A stretch of 62,446 nt of DNA, counting the filler, from Hausera hauseri (Eukaryota), in NCBI GenBank assembly GCA_046269625.1. It is 12 parts of 12 records of this genome, joined end to end, with 100 filler letters (N's around TTAATTAATTAA, not from the genome) between each part and the next. Parts side by side here need not be neighbours in the genome. Positions count along the whole stretch, not along the records: positions 19,799 to 27,899 come from JBJURY010774313.1; positions 28,000 to 32,836 come from JBJURY010418477.1; positions 32,937 to 37,413 come from JBJURY010562118.1; 9 more parts are not named here. One strand, 5' to 3'. Shown in pieces: positions 26,726-37,513 of the stretch (within the stretch, counting starts at the first letter, position 1; each line of letters starts with the position of its first letter). Under the pieces are notes generated by a model. That model saw nothing but the letters and a program-made list of their open reading frames with translations. It made no database searches and was not told the DNA's origin. Made by a program: the position numbers and the translations under genes.

Positions 26726-26738
26726 TGTGGTGACCACA
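26726..26738 (-). mobile_element. LTR right-end motif TGTGGTCACCACA (minus strand) at the junction between TRIP12 and fish-like DNA
   Basis: 12/13 match to the terminus at 23450-23462; TRIP12 similarity appears to stop here. Confidence 0.65.
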
Positions 26739-27524
26739 TCTTCCAAACAAGGTAGCAACCAGTCAGAGCCTTTTTTTCTTACTAGTTAAATAAAAATTCT
26801 AACATAAAAAAACAGAAAAAGAAATACCTGCATCTACTTGAAGGTCTTGTTTAGGTCTACTGCTTTGTATTAATCTAACTAAAGTAAGAAAAAATGGTGA
26901 GTTGACCTGAAAATGGCTTAACGGGAAGAAAATTACATTATAACAACAATGCTTGTGAACGAACAAGTGTCTGTTTTAAATCAACTGCATTTTTGGTTCA
27001 AGTATCTTCATTCAGGGCAGTTAATGCAATACAAACAAAAATGCATTTGTTCTGCTCACAGATGTTTTTATTGCTGCTGGTTTAACTCATCTTTATAATT
27101 TTGCCCTCCAGATTTCTCTTTTGTTCTGTTCCAGTTTGGTTTATTTTAAGAACATACAACTTCAGTTCAGGCTAATGCTCTCAGTAGTTATTTTTATTTC
27201 CTTATCTTAAATACACAGCCGATTCAGCTGAAATTCCTCAAAGATGTTTAATGTCATGCATAACACAATAACCACCCAAGATGAAAGTAGCAATGGCACA
27301 GTTTTCCGCTGGAGTCTGGCATCATAATGTCCAGATTTATCGATGTGGTATATCTGTATCGATACGCCAAATACGTAATGGTAAATACTGATTCAATTGG
27401 AGATGTGATGCTTTTTGTTTTGCTTGTAAAACATGAATGCTGTTGTCATTTATTATTTTCGTGTCATCTGGTAACCAATCCAACTTTCTCCGTCCGTTTT
27501 TCCTTTTCCCCCCTCTCATTTCAG

Positions 27525-27666
27525 ATACCTCCATGATCGCTATAAAACAGCTGTGCAAGTTTTGTGATTTGCAGGCCACCAACTGTCCCGGTAAGGGAAT
27601 CTGCAAGGTGGATTGTGAAATTACCTCCATCTGCCCCGATGATAATGACGTGTGTGTCAGCATCTG
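27525..27666 (+). CDS. TGFBR2: Teleost-type TGF-beta receptor type II ectodomain exon (142 nt) with intact splice sites
   Basis: QLCKFCDLQATNCPGKGICKVDCEITSICPDDNDVCVSIW parallels vertebrate QLCKFCD...CSITSIC....VCVAVW; polypyrimidine tract plus CAG acceptor and GTAAG donor. Confidence 0.9.
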
Positions 27667-28018
27667 GTAAGCTCCGTTTCCACAATATCTCATCATTTGG
27701 GACCTGATTTTCATCTTGACTCAGTTTATCTGATGTTCTGATATTTGCATGTAAAGCAGACAAAAAGCAAAAACGGGAGAATCCTGTAAGGAGCCGGATA
27801 CTTTTCACAGCACGGCGAATGTCATACTTTTAAGGAATATGTTGGAGCTAAAAAAGAGCAAGTTTGGAATAAAGCCAAACCGGACACATCTACATATTGN
27901 NNNNNNNNNNNNNNNNNNNNNNNNNNNNNNNNNNNNNNNNNNNTTAATTAATTAANNNNNNNNNNNNNNNNNNNNNNNNNNNNNNNNNNNNNNNNNNNNT
28001 GAAGATAACAAACATCAT

Positions 28019-31000
28019 TTGACTGACTTCACATCAAAGTCAAAGAAGATCATCTTTAATGAACATAAGTCAGTTGCAGCAGCACAGCCTGCAGTACTAC
28101 AGCCAGATGAAGGATTAAAACGTGCATCAGGACCATTATGCGCAGCAGCATCAGGTGCAGCAGCATCAGGCACGGCCACATCAGATGCACCGGCTCCATC
28201 AAAAAGCCAAGGACAGCGGCCGGTTAATGCTGCAGCATTACACAGAAAAGTCTACATTTATGTCATTGATGCAACTGGTCAAACAACCCTCAAGGAGTTC
28301 CTGGAGTACGCAAAGGACAACATAGCTCAGCTCAACGCCATTAAGGCTAATATAAAACTTGAGGCCACTTACGTCAATGTTGATGGTAAAGAGTCCAAAA
28401 GGGTCTTCAAGACCAGAAATAGGCAGAAACAATTTTTGAAGCCACCAATATAATAAAATGGCTGCATGAAGAGCATGCGAAGGTGATTATTGACGCCGAT
28501 GAGAACCAGAGTAAGAAGAGCGGATGGACTCTGAGAAACGTTAAGAGCTTGCTTGTGTATGTGCACAGATTCTCGCACTATGCGAGGTAGTGTACATGTT
28601 CAGCTCCCTGATTGGATCGCTAATAAAAAAGCATGTGACAATGTCCATAATAACGACAACATGTGTTTCATGTATGCCATTCTATAAAAACCCGTACCGG
28701 ATCAACATAATGCTTTACGAGTTTTGCGATATAAGGATGTGCAGCACAACTATGAATTCCAATGTATCACATTCCCTCCATCCTTAGATGAAATTAGGAA
28801 GTTCAGTCAAATCGACAACATATAAACCAAGATCTTTTGATTGGATGAGGAAGATAAATTCTATCCCCTGCAGATATGATAATGAATTGGAAGATCATAG
28901 GGATCTGCTCCTACTTGACGATGGAGAAAAGAAACATTACGTATGGATAAGGAATTTTCAACGTCTAGTAAGATCCCAAATTACTAATCATCATGGAAAA
29001 ATTGAGATCTGTAAGCGATGCCTGTCTCATTTTAGCGGTGATACTGCAGTGGACAGGCTCGCAGAGCACAAGATTTACTGCAGCAACAATTACTGTATCA
29101 GGCCAGAATTTCCCAAGGAGGACTATATTGAATTTAAGGAGTTCTAGAAGAAGCTCAAGGTCCCAATTTTCGTCTATTGCGACTTTGAAGCTATTCTCAG
29201 ACCCGTTCGGAGTTGCAGTCCTAATCCCCAACATAGCAGCACAACGGCATATCAATATCATGAGCTCTCATCATATTGCATGTATGCCAAAGGACTGGAC
29301 AGTGAACCATTTCTATTCAGGGGCCAGGCGCAGCAGCTCATTTCATGAAACGACTTAAAGATTGTGATTAGGTCTATTCATGGTCTTACCCAGTGAAGAA
29401 TTCAAATCTGTATTTTGCTTAATGATATCTGAGTCCAATCCGAAAAAATCGACATTCGAATTAGCCTGAAAGTTGTTAAACGTTATCGGTTTAACTGGAG
29501 TATCATGACGACTCGTATGTTGATATGATACAGTTGAAAAGATCTGAGATTTAAGCGAATTGATAGAATTCGTAGTAGATAAACGAGATTCCGAAAGATT
29601 ATCTTGGGTTGAATTAACTACAAATGCACCGTGAGTGCTCTGAATTGGGATCGGTGATTTCTACAATCGGTGGAGTTGAAAGTTCATCACAAACATTGTT
29701 GGAATTTGCGCTTATATCAGGTTGAGAAACCTCTGATCAATTCGGATACGAATGACGTATGACTTTGTGGCTGATTTAGAACATCATAGAAGTATTTTCT
29801 CTAGGTGTCGAAGACACATCAACTATCGCTTGGTTATCAGTTTGAGAATAATTTACGTCACCATGAGGCTCATACTGACTGGACCTTTCAGTTAAGCGAT
29901 TATTACATGTCTGAATATTAGTATGAGAAAAACCATATCTTTCCGAACGACTTTCTGGATTACAACAATTCATTAAATTTTTTTCTTTGGTATAAAACTT
30001 ATTCACTTAACAAAAATCCGACTTTTCTCTGGCTAATATATTCTCTTTTTTGAACTGTTTGAAGTACATTAATTTTTCTTTGGTTGTTAGATCGATTCCA
30101 GTTAATCATGTATAATCGGCAATTTCAGTTTCGGCAACTTTGTAATCATAGTTAATATGTTTCTTCAAGAATAATTCGTCCATTTATTTTACCTTCATCC
30201 AGCAATAGCAAGAACTCGTAGGAAAATAAAACTATTATAATAGTAAATCCAACACCAATTAAAAAAATCGAACTCTGCATAAAGTCTTATTTATTTAAAC
30301 AATCAGTTTTTGTTTTTTACAAATTCCACATGCAGATCACCAATTGGGTGAATGTGGGCGCCACAAAGATATGTCTCATAGGATTGGAGATATGCTGCAG
30401 CAGCATAAGGATACAATGAGCATGTCGATGCAGCAAGAAGAAAACAGCATGTTACTTGTGCTTTACTAAGGAGAATTATAAAGTCAGGGATCACTGCCAA
30501 TTTACAGGCACATATCAAGGTGCGGCATGCAACAACTGCAGTTTACGTTGCAAAACATGTACATATGTGCCTGTAGTGTTCCATAATCTCGGTTGCTATG
30601 ATTCCCATTTCATTGTTCGGAAACTGGGCAGCACTGAAGGAAACATTGATGTGATCCATAATAGTGATAAGTACATCACCTTTACGAAGCATGTTGGGAA
30701 AATCAGACTACGCTTCGTAGACAGTTTCCGTTTTATGTCGTCTTCACTTGACAGTTTAGTGAAGAACCTCCCTGCATAAGAACTCAAGAAGACGAAGTGG
30801 TTCTTCCCTATCTGGTCAAGAGGAAAGGCGTGTTTCCGTATGACTATATAACATCATGGGAAACAATGAATGAGACCTCTTTGCTGGCCAAGAAGGACTT
30901 TTGCAATATCCTCTCTGATTGCAATATCAGTGATATGTACTACCAGCATGCACAGAACGTCTGACATACATTTCAATGCCGAACATTAGGCGAATACAGC

Positions 31001-32360
31001 GACATATATCTCAAGACTGACGTGCTGTTGCTGGCGGATGTCTTTGAGAGTTTCAGGGATCTTACGATAAACAGCTATGCATTGGATCCGGCTCACTTCT
31101 TTACAGCTCCAGGGATGAGTTGGGCAGTTATGCTAAGATATACCGGTATTAGGGTTCAGATCATAAAGGATTACGACATGATCCTCATGATTGAGAGAGG
31201 TAGTAGAGGCAGAATATTCCAGGCCATTCACCGGTATAGCGAGGCCAAAAACAAGTATAGGGCCCAGTATGATCCATCCATGGAATCCTCATATATATCA
31301 TACCTGGACGCCATCAACCTATATGGATTGGCAATGAGCGCCCCATTGCCATATGATAACTTCAAATGGGTCGAGAATCCTGAAAACATCCATATACTGG
31401 ACCTAGATCCCACTGGCGATACGGGATACATAGCGGAGGTGGATATGGAATATCCGGCTTCTCTCCACACAAGGCATTAACAGCTGCCTTTCCTCCCTGA
31501 GAGCAAGCCACTGCCCCATAAAAAGCATAGAAAGCTGGTCTGCCACCTGGCTAGTAGGGCGAGGTATATATTGCACTACATAAATCTCCAGTAGGCGGTT
31601 AGAAATGGACTCCGCATTACTAAGATCCATGGAGCCCTGCAGTTCAGCCAGTCAAACTGGCTGTAGCCCTACATAGATCTCAATACTAAGCTGCGGACGA
31701 ATGCAAAGAACGATTTTGAGAAGGACCAGTCCAAGCTTTACAACAACAGCCTTTTTGGCAAGACCATGGAGAATATTCGGAACAGGATCAACATCGAACT
31801 GGCCTCTGTGTAGAAGCGGTCAAAGAAGTTTATTGGCAAGCTCAACTTCCACAGCAGCATCACATATGCGGAGAACTTGCTCAGCATCCACATTAGGGTA
31901 CCCACATTCAAGTCCATAAAACTGATGTACATGGATACTGATAGTTTCATCTATCAGATCCATACAGAGGACAATTATGAGGACTTTGCTTAGTTGGCTC
32001 AACATATGGTTACGTCTGACTATCTGAAGGAGTATCCCAACTATGCAATTACTAACAAAAAGGTCCTTGGGAAATCCGAAGACAGGTGAATGGAGCAATC
32101 ATCTCGAGATTTATGGCTCTTAGGTCCAAAATGTATGCCCTTGATGTATGTGGTCAAGTAACGAAGCGGGCTAAAGGGGTTCAAAGGGCGACCTTAACCA
32201 AGAAGATTGGCTTCGATGACTGTGAGAGTTCTGCATGAGCAGACTCATCATATCAGAGATGCGAAGGATCCAGTCTAGAAAGTCTAGATTGAATGGATGA
32301 CAAAGGCAGATCATTGGTGATGGAATATGCACACTACCTCACGGACATGTTGCATTAATG
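28019..32360 (+). mobile_element. Degenerate Polinton/adintovirus-type protein-primed PolB, interrupted by the 29363-30365 insertion
   Basis: [85 protein letters not shown]. Confidence 0.92.
29363..30365 (+). mobile_element. 1003-bp TG...CA insertion (solo LTR-like cargo unit) with 5-bp TSD AAGAT and an antisense host-like ORF relic
   Basis: AAGAT at 29358-29362 and 30366-30370; starts TGTGATT, ends TGTGGGCGCCACA; removal restores FMKRLKD/MSHRIG. Confidence 0.9.
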
Positions 32361-32480
32361 TAAATATCTTTGTTATGACGTATTGTTTTTTGTATTAATA
32401 AATCTTATAAAAATATCGTGTTGTCGTCTTGATCAAGTAATGCGGGATATAGGATAAGGCCAACTAATTTCAGAACACAT

Positions 32481-32746
32481 TTATTTTGTAACAACATAAC
32501 TTTGGCATAACGCTAAACCCTTTTTATAAACACAATATAAACCATGTTCACGATAAATACATGTAATGTTCTTTGGTATAGATACCAATTTGCCACATTC
32601 ATATGCACATATTCGTAATTCTGGAAATGTAATGTTAAATATCTTTCGCCCATCAGCATGATCCTTGACATAGAACGTGGCCTCACATATATCACACATA
32701 GTGTCTGTGAGGAGGAATTTAAACGAATATTAAAGTTTAAATTCAA
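32481..32746 (-). pseudogene. Small Cys-rich ORF convergent with pPolB; possible element accessory gene
   Basis: CDIC...CAYECG...C..C; frameshifted, tail-to-tail with PolB. Confidence 0.3.
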
Positions 32747-35030
32747 TCAAAGTTAAATCAATAAACAGCCAATATAAAATCAGGAAATTCAAAAAAGGAT
32801 GAAAAGAAGAATCATTTAATGAGTGAAGGAGATAATNNNNNNNNNNNNNNNNNNNNNNNNNNNNNNNNNNNNNNNNNNNNTTAATTAATTAANNNNNNNN
32901 NNNNNNNNNNNNNNNNNNNNNNNNNNNNNNNNNNNNTAAATTGTTAATAAGTCAATAATAAAAATATTTCAAAATTTAAATTACTTTAATCAGAGTTACA
33001 AATGCCGTACGTCAGTATTTGCAAGCTTAGATTCAGGAAGAATATTTACTTCATTACGTTATGGAAGTTAATCAGAAAACTCTATAAACGAATTTCGAAT
33101 GGTAATAGTGGTATATTCAAAATGGTCACTGATAGATGTATATTTCAGAATCTTTTACGTTCAGATGTTGGAGACAGAAAATTGGATTTAATTTGTGATC
33201 AACCGATAAACTTAAACATTATATTACGGTGCACTCATAGTGATGATACAAATATTGCTCGTGAAAATGTTGAAGAGTTAATTGGAATTATAAAACAAAT
33301 TGATGCTATTTCGTTGTCAAAATCAGGTGAGAAGTTTCAAATGAATAGTATACAGATCAGCAATTATTGGAATTTATAGATATTAACTGAACAACAGAAC
33401 TTACGTTATAAGGCAGATATGCGGATATTTCCGAGATTACTACATCAGTTTGAATCAATCTTTGGAAGTAATATTGTTGGGATTGATCAAATAATTTTTG
33501 ATACTTCTATCGTAATTTATCGTAATTGTTCCTTTAATTGGTTTCTTTTTAATTGGTGTCGTGCCCTGAGGGTAATTTGATTTAATTGTTTTTTTCGGCA
33601 TGTATAAATTATGTGGCTTGAAGAATCAACTCACAGTTTTTTTTTATTTACGGTTTCTGTTACTGGTTTTGTTTCTGTGACTAGAATGTACACGTCCCCA
33701 TGAATATACTTTGGAAGAGTTTCGAAGTTTTATTTTGTTGTTCCTTTAAGGGATAGTCTGACCAGGTCCTGATACTACGAGTGGGTAAATTTGTGCATTT
33801 TTGTTATAGTGTTGTAATTGTCATAATCTTTCCTTTTCTATTTTTTTTTGACGTTCATCGTGGCATTGGGTGTATAAAATTGGCTGGCTGTTAAAATCGT
33901 TTGTTTGTTAGTGAGTAATCTGAAGACCATTCAGTGAACCGGCTTTAGTTGCTCACTTGTGCTTGATAAATTGGTAAGAAAGTGAGTATACGAACCTTGG
34001 TAAACTCGTAACATTTTATCCCAGAGTAAAACCCCGATTTGGTTTATTGGTAGCTTTGTGCGATAATTACTATTCAAAATCCGGTGCACGAAAGACATCT
34101 CAGATCATCTGAGTGCGCCCCTTTTGAAAGATTGTAAGTTCAATTGTGGCGTTCTCGGGTCGACGATTTAGTCTTAACGATCTTCTTGACTGAATAGAAG
34201 TTGTTGGTTGAACAAGAACTCACACCCCTTTGTCCCTACTCGTTTTCATTATTTTTAAGCTAAAAAAAGACGATAACACATTATAAATTCAAATTGCACA
34301 GCAATAGACGTGCCAAACACTAACCTAACACCCCAACACATGTATTATATTCATTGAAAAAATTGACAACGATATCCGAATGAAATCCTTTACGCTCTTT
34401 GTTCAAGTCAAGTTGAATGCCCAGTGATTCAAAGATTTGCAACTTTTTACATTAAAAAGTTTTTTGAAGATTCTTGTCAAAATAAGCTAAATCAGAAAGC
34501 AAAATTATTTGCATATGATCGGGCAAGTACGGAATATATGACGGTCATGTACGAAGTGTACTACGAGAAAGAATATTCTAAATAAACTTTTAGGGACAGT
34601 GTTAAACAAAATCCAAATAAGACAAATCCAGGATAGTCACTTCCGATTTTGTCAATAAATACAGAGAGAATGAAAGTAGACGAAAGGAGATAGTCTCTAT
34701 GTCGGCCAACATTTCAAGAAGTAAACCATAAGTGTGCTAAACAAAATTTATCTAACAAGGAAGTTGTACTCATTGTTAAATTTGATGGAATATCTATCAG
34801 TCAAAAAGATCATCGTTCTTGAAAGATATGATGTTAACGTTCAACAATCACAGTTTCTCAGTGATATTGAAATGATTAATGAAAGTTACCTATCTATGTC
34901 GAAAGCATCTGTGAAGACAAAATGATCGAATGTCATAACTGAAATCCAACACAAATGCCTGATGTAGTGTTACTATATATAAAATCAATTACATAAATGC
35001 TGAATAAATTATTATAATACTTAATATTTG

Positions 35031-35067
35031 TTTGTACTATATATTAATTATTAATATATAGTACAAA
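35031..35067. repeat. Perfect 18-bp inverted repeat with a 1-nt spacer
   Basis: TTTGTACTATATATTAAT-T-ATTAATATATAGTACAAA. Confidence 0.9.
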
Positions 35068-35149
35068 TATATAGTTTGAAAGCGTGAAGAATTTTCATTC
35101 GCTAGTATCTTTTGGTGGTGAGGGCATCAGTACAACATGATCAAAATAT

Positions 35150-35183
35150 TGGGTCGCCGAACAAAAAAGGTTGAGAACCACTG
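35150..35183. mobile_element. hAT (Charlie-like) right terminal inverted repeat remnant
   Basis: AAAAGGTTGAGAACCACTG is the typical end of CAGTGGTTCTCAAC-type elements. Confidence 0.6.
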
Positions 35184-35646
35184 GATTAATAAATTTGAAT
35201 TTCAGTCGTTACACTTTTTGGTTGTAATTTATCATTCATACAATATGGATATATCATAAATTAATATTATATTATGTAATAACAGTATAATATCGCAAGT
35301 TAATCAGGCATGAATTTAGAATCAAATTTCATTCTTGTGCATAATCTTTTGGATTCGTGCATGATCTTTTGTGCATAATGTTGTTTAATCGAAATTTTGT
35401 TCCGATATTAATGAAATTCTATGTAATTTGTGTACTCCACAAAATCCATCGAAACAGTTATAAACGTATATTATCAGTGCATCTTCGGGTAAATTAGATG
35501 CTAATTTCATTTACATTTGATTGGTTCTTAAACTATTGAATTGGCAGGAAAGTAGTTTCGTTTTCACAAATAGATAGCGTTTTGTTTATTTTCAATGACA
35601 CCTGTTAATATTATTATACTTTCATTTTCATTGTATCAATTATCTA

Positions 35647-36931
35647 CATGGTGCGCGGGATAAATTGGCAATATGTTGAATTGTTGTATATGTAAGACGT
35701 CATGTAACCTCAACCTGAAAACCGAATTACTTGAAGTCTGCTTTTCTAATTTACTTATATTTTTTAGACATATTTATTTAAAAATGAGCAAGGAGTAGGA
35801 TGTTACAGCAACCATCATACACGGACTCCGCGCCGGTAGGACTGCCAAAGAGATCTTAAAGATCAGTAACATCCTCATGAGGACAGTTTACAATAAAAAA
35901 AGGTACGACACTGAGATAAAAGCTGAAAAGTCTCCTAAAAACGTATCCTCCATCAGAAAGCCTCACAAAAGGCGCAGAGACACGAAAGACAATGACTTCG
36001 TGAAGAGGGTGCAAGACATGATCAACAGTGATCCCGGCAGATCCATGCGTTCTATCGCGGATGAGTTACAAGTTTCTGACTCCACTATTAGACGAATAGT
36101 GGAGGAGGATATCCACTACAGATCTTATGCGTTTAAGCGAAGCCAATTCATGAATGCGTGTACTAAGAAAAGGCAGCTTGGGCAGGCCCAGCTTCTGTTG
36201 GCTCGGATCAAACACCCTCGAACTCAGGGACAGCTCATCTTTTCCGATGAGAAAAACATCTCTCAGGACCAAAAGATAAACCGACGAAACAACAGGTGGT
36301 TATGTTATGACCATGAGGAAGTATCGATAGTCATGGCGACAAAGTTTCCAGCCACCATCATGGTTCTTGGCGTCATTCCCACTGAAAGGGATATGATGCC
36401 CCCTCACTTCTTTGAGAAGGGGCAAAAGGTGAATACAGAGGCCTACGTTGATGTGATGAGGACAGGTAGAGCCTTGGATGAGGCAGGTTGCTTCTGGGAG
36501 ACATTTTGTCTTCAAACAAGATGGTGCACCCCCGCACACTGCCAAGAAAACTCAAAAATGGCTGCTGGACAACCTGCTTGAATTTTGGGAGAAAGAAATT
36601 TGGCCACACAGCTCTTCCGACTGCAACCCCCTCGACTATTGCGTGTGGGCGTTTGTGGAAAGAATGTCAGTAAACGTCCTCACAACAACATGAAATTACT
36701 GAAGACCAAGGTGACAGAGGTGATGGTGCACATAAAGAGGGAGGCAATTGTAAAGGCATGCAAGAGATTCCGGATCCGAATTGAGGCAGTCATAGACCAT
36801 GACAGTGATTTCTTTGAGTAAACTATTTCAAAACAAGCTAGCAGACATATGTTTGAAGTTTCAAATTAATATTTTCAGGAATTATGACTTTTCAATTATT
36901 CGGTAAAGGCCAATTTATCCTGCGCACCCAT
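35647..36931 (+). mobile_element. maT (DD37D) Tc1/mariner transposon, near full length, frameshifted
   Basis: TIRs GGTGCGC(G/A)GGATAAATTGGC at about 35650-35669 and 36909-36928; FSDEK, QDGAP-37 aa-D (DCNPLDY). Confidence 0.92.
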
Positions 36932-37104
36932 CATCGCTGGTGACGAAATTAAAACGTATGCGACAACCCGTCATATACAATGATATTATGCATCAGAATC
37001 CATTGACATTTCTATGTATGAATTATTGTGTGGACTTACTTAGACGCCAATGTACATAAAATTGTTATAAACGTTGTTTTGTTAATAAATATTTTATTGA
37101 AATA

Positions 37105-37413
37105 ATGTCCGTCCTATTTATTGACTTTGAGGGATTTGTGGATAATAACAATGAATTCATCATAAAGGAACTATGTGTAATACCAGTGGATAATGTTTCA
37201 GCCACTACATTACGTATTTTTGTAAGTGAATTTTAGTATAGTCCATATGGTTTATGCTATTTTTAGGCCTACACTGCACTGTTGCACAAACAAGGTTTAA
37301 GCAACAAATGCTTACTTAACCCAACATCATCACAAACTGACTTGGGAGGAATATAATACCCAATTTTGCAGAGATTGCCTTATGCGAGAACTTGGGAATA
37401 TGTGTGATATAAA
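37105..37413 (+). pseudogene. Possible DEDD-like nuclease accessory gene of the Polinton/adintovirus type
   Basis: MSVLFIDFEGF...FIIKELC and a later HHKLTW, resembling the DxxGF..FxxKE / HGLxW pattern. Confidence 0.4.
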
Positions 37414-37513
37414 NNNNNNNNNNNNNNNNNNNNNNNNNNNNNNNNNNNNNNNNNNNNTTAATTAATTAANNNNNNNNNNNNNNNNNNNNNNNNNNNNNNN
37501 NNNNNNNNNNNNN

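Noticed and set aside
29363-30365. Helitron or Pack-MULE origin of the gene-fragment units
   Set aside because: TG...CA ends with 5-bp TSDs; no TC...CTRR ends, no long TIRs and no 9-bp TSD.
2800-31000. TGA read as Trp (variant genetic code), suggested by TGA at Trp positions in NDUFS1, KMT2 and PolB
   Set aside because: The same genes use TGG and also have frameshifts or TAA/TAG stops, and TGA replaces the DFG Gly in MAP4K. This is ordinary decay.
33530-34300. Possible gag remnant with a CCHC knuckle on the minus strand
   Set aside because: Needs a frameshift within the motif and has no supporting pol sequence.
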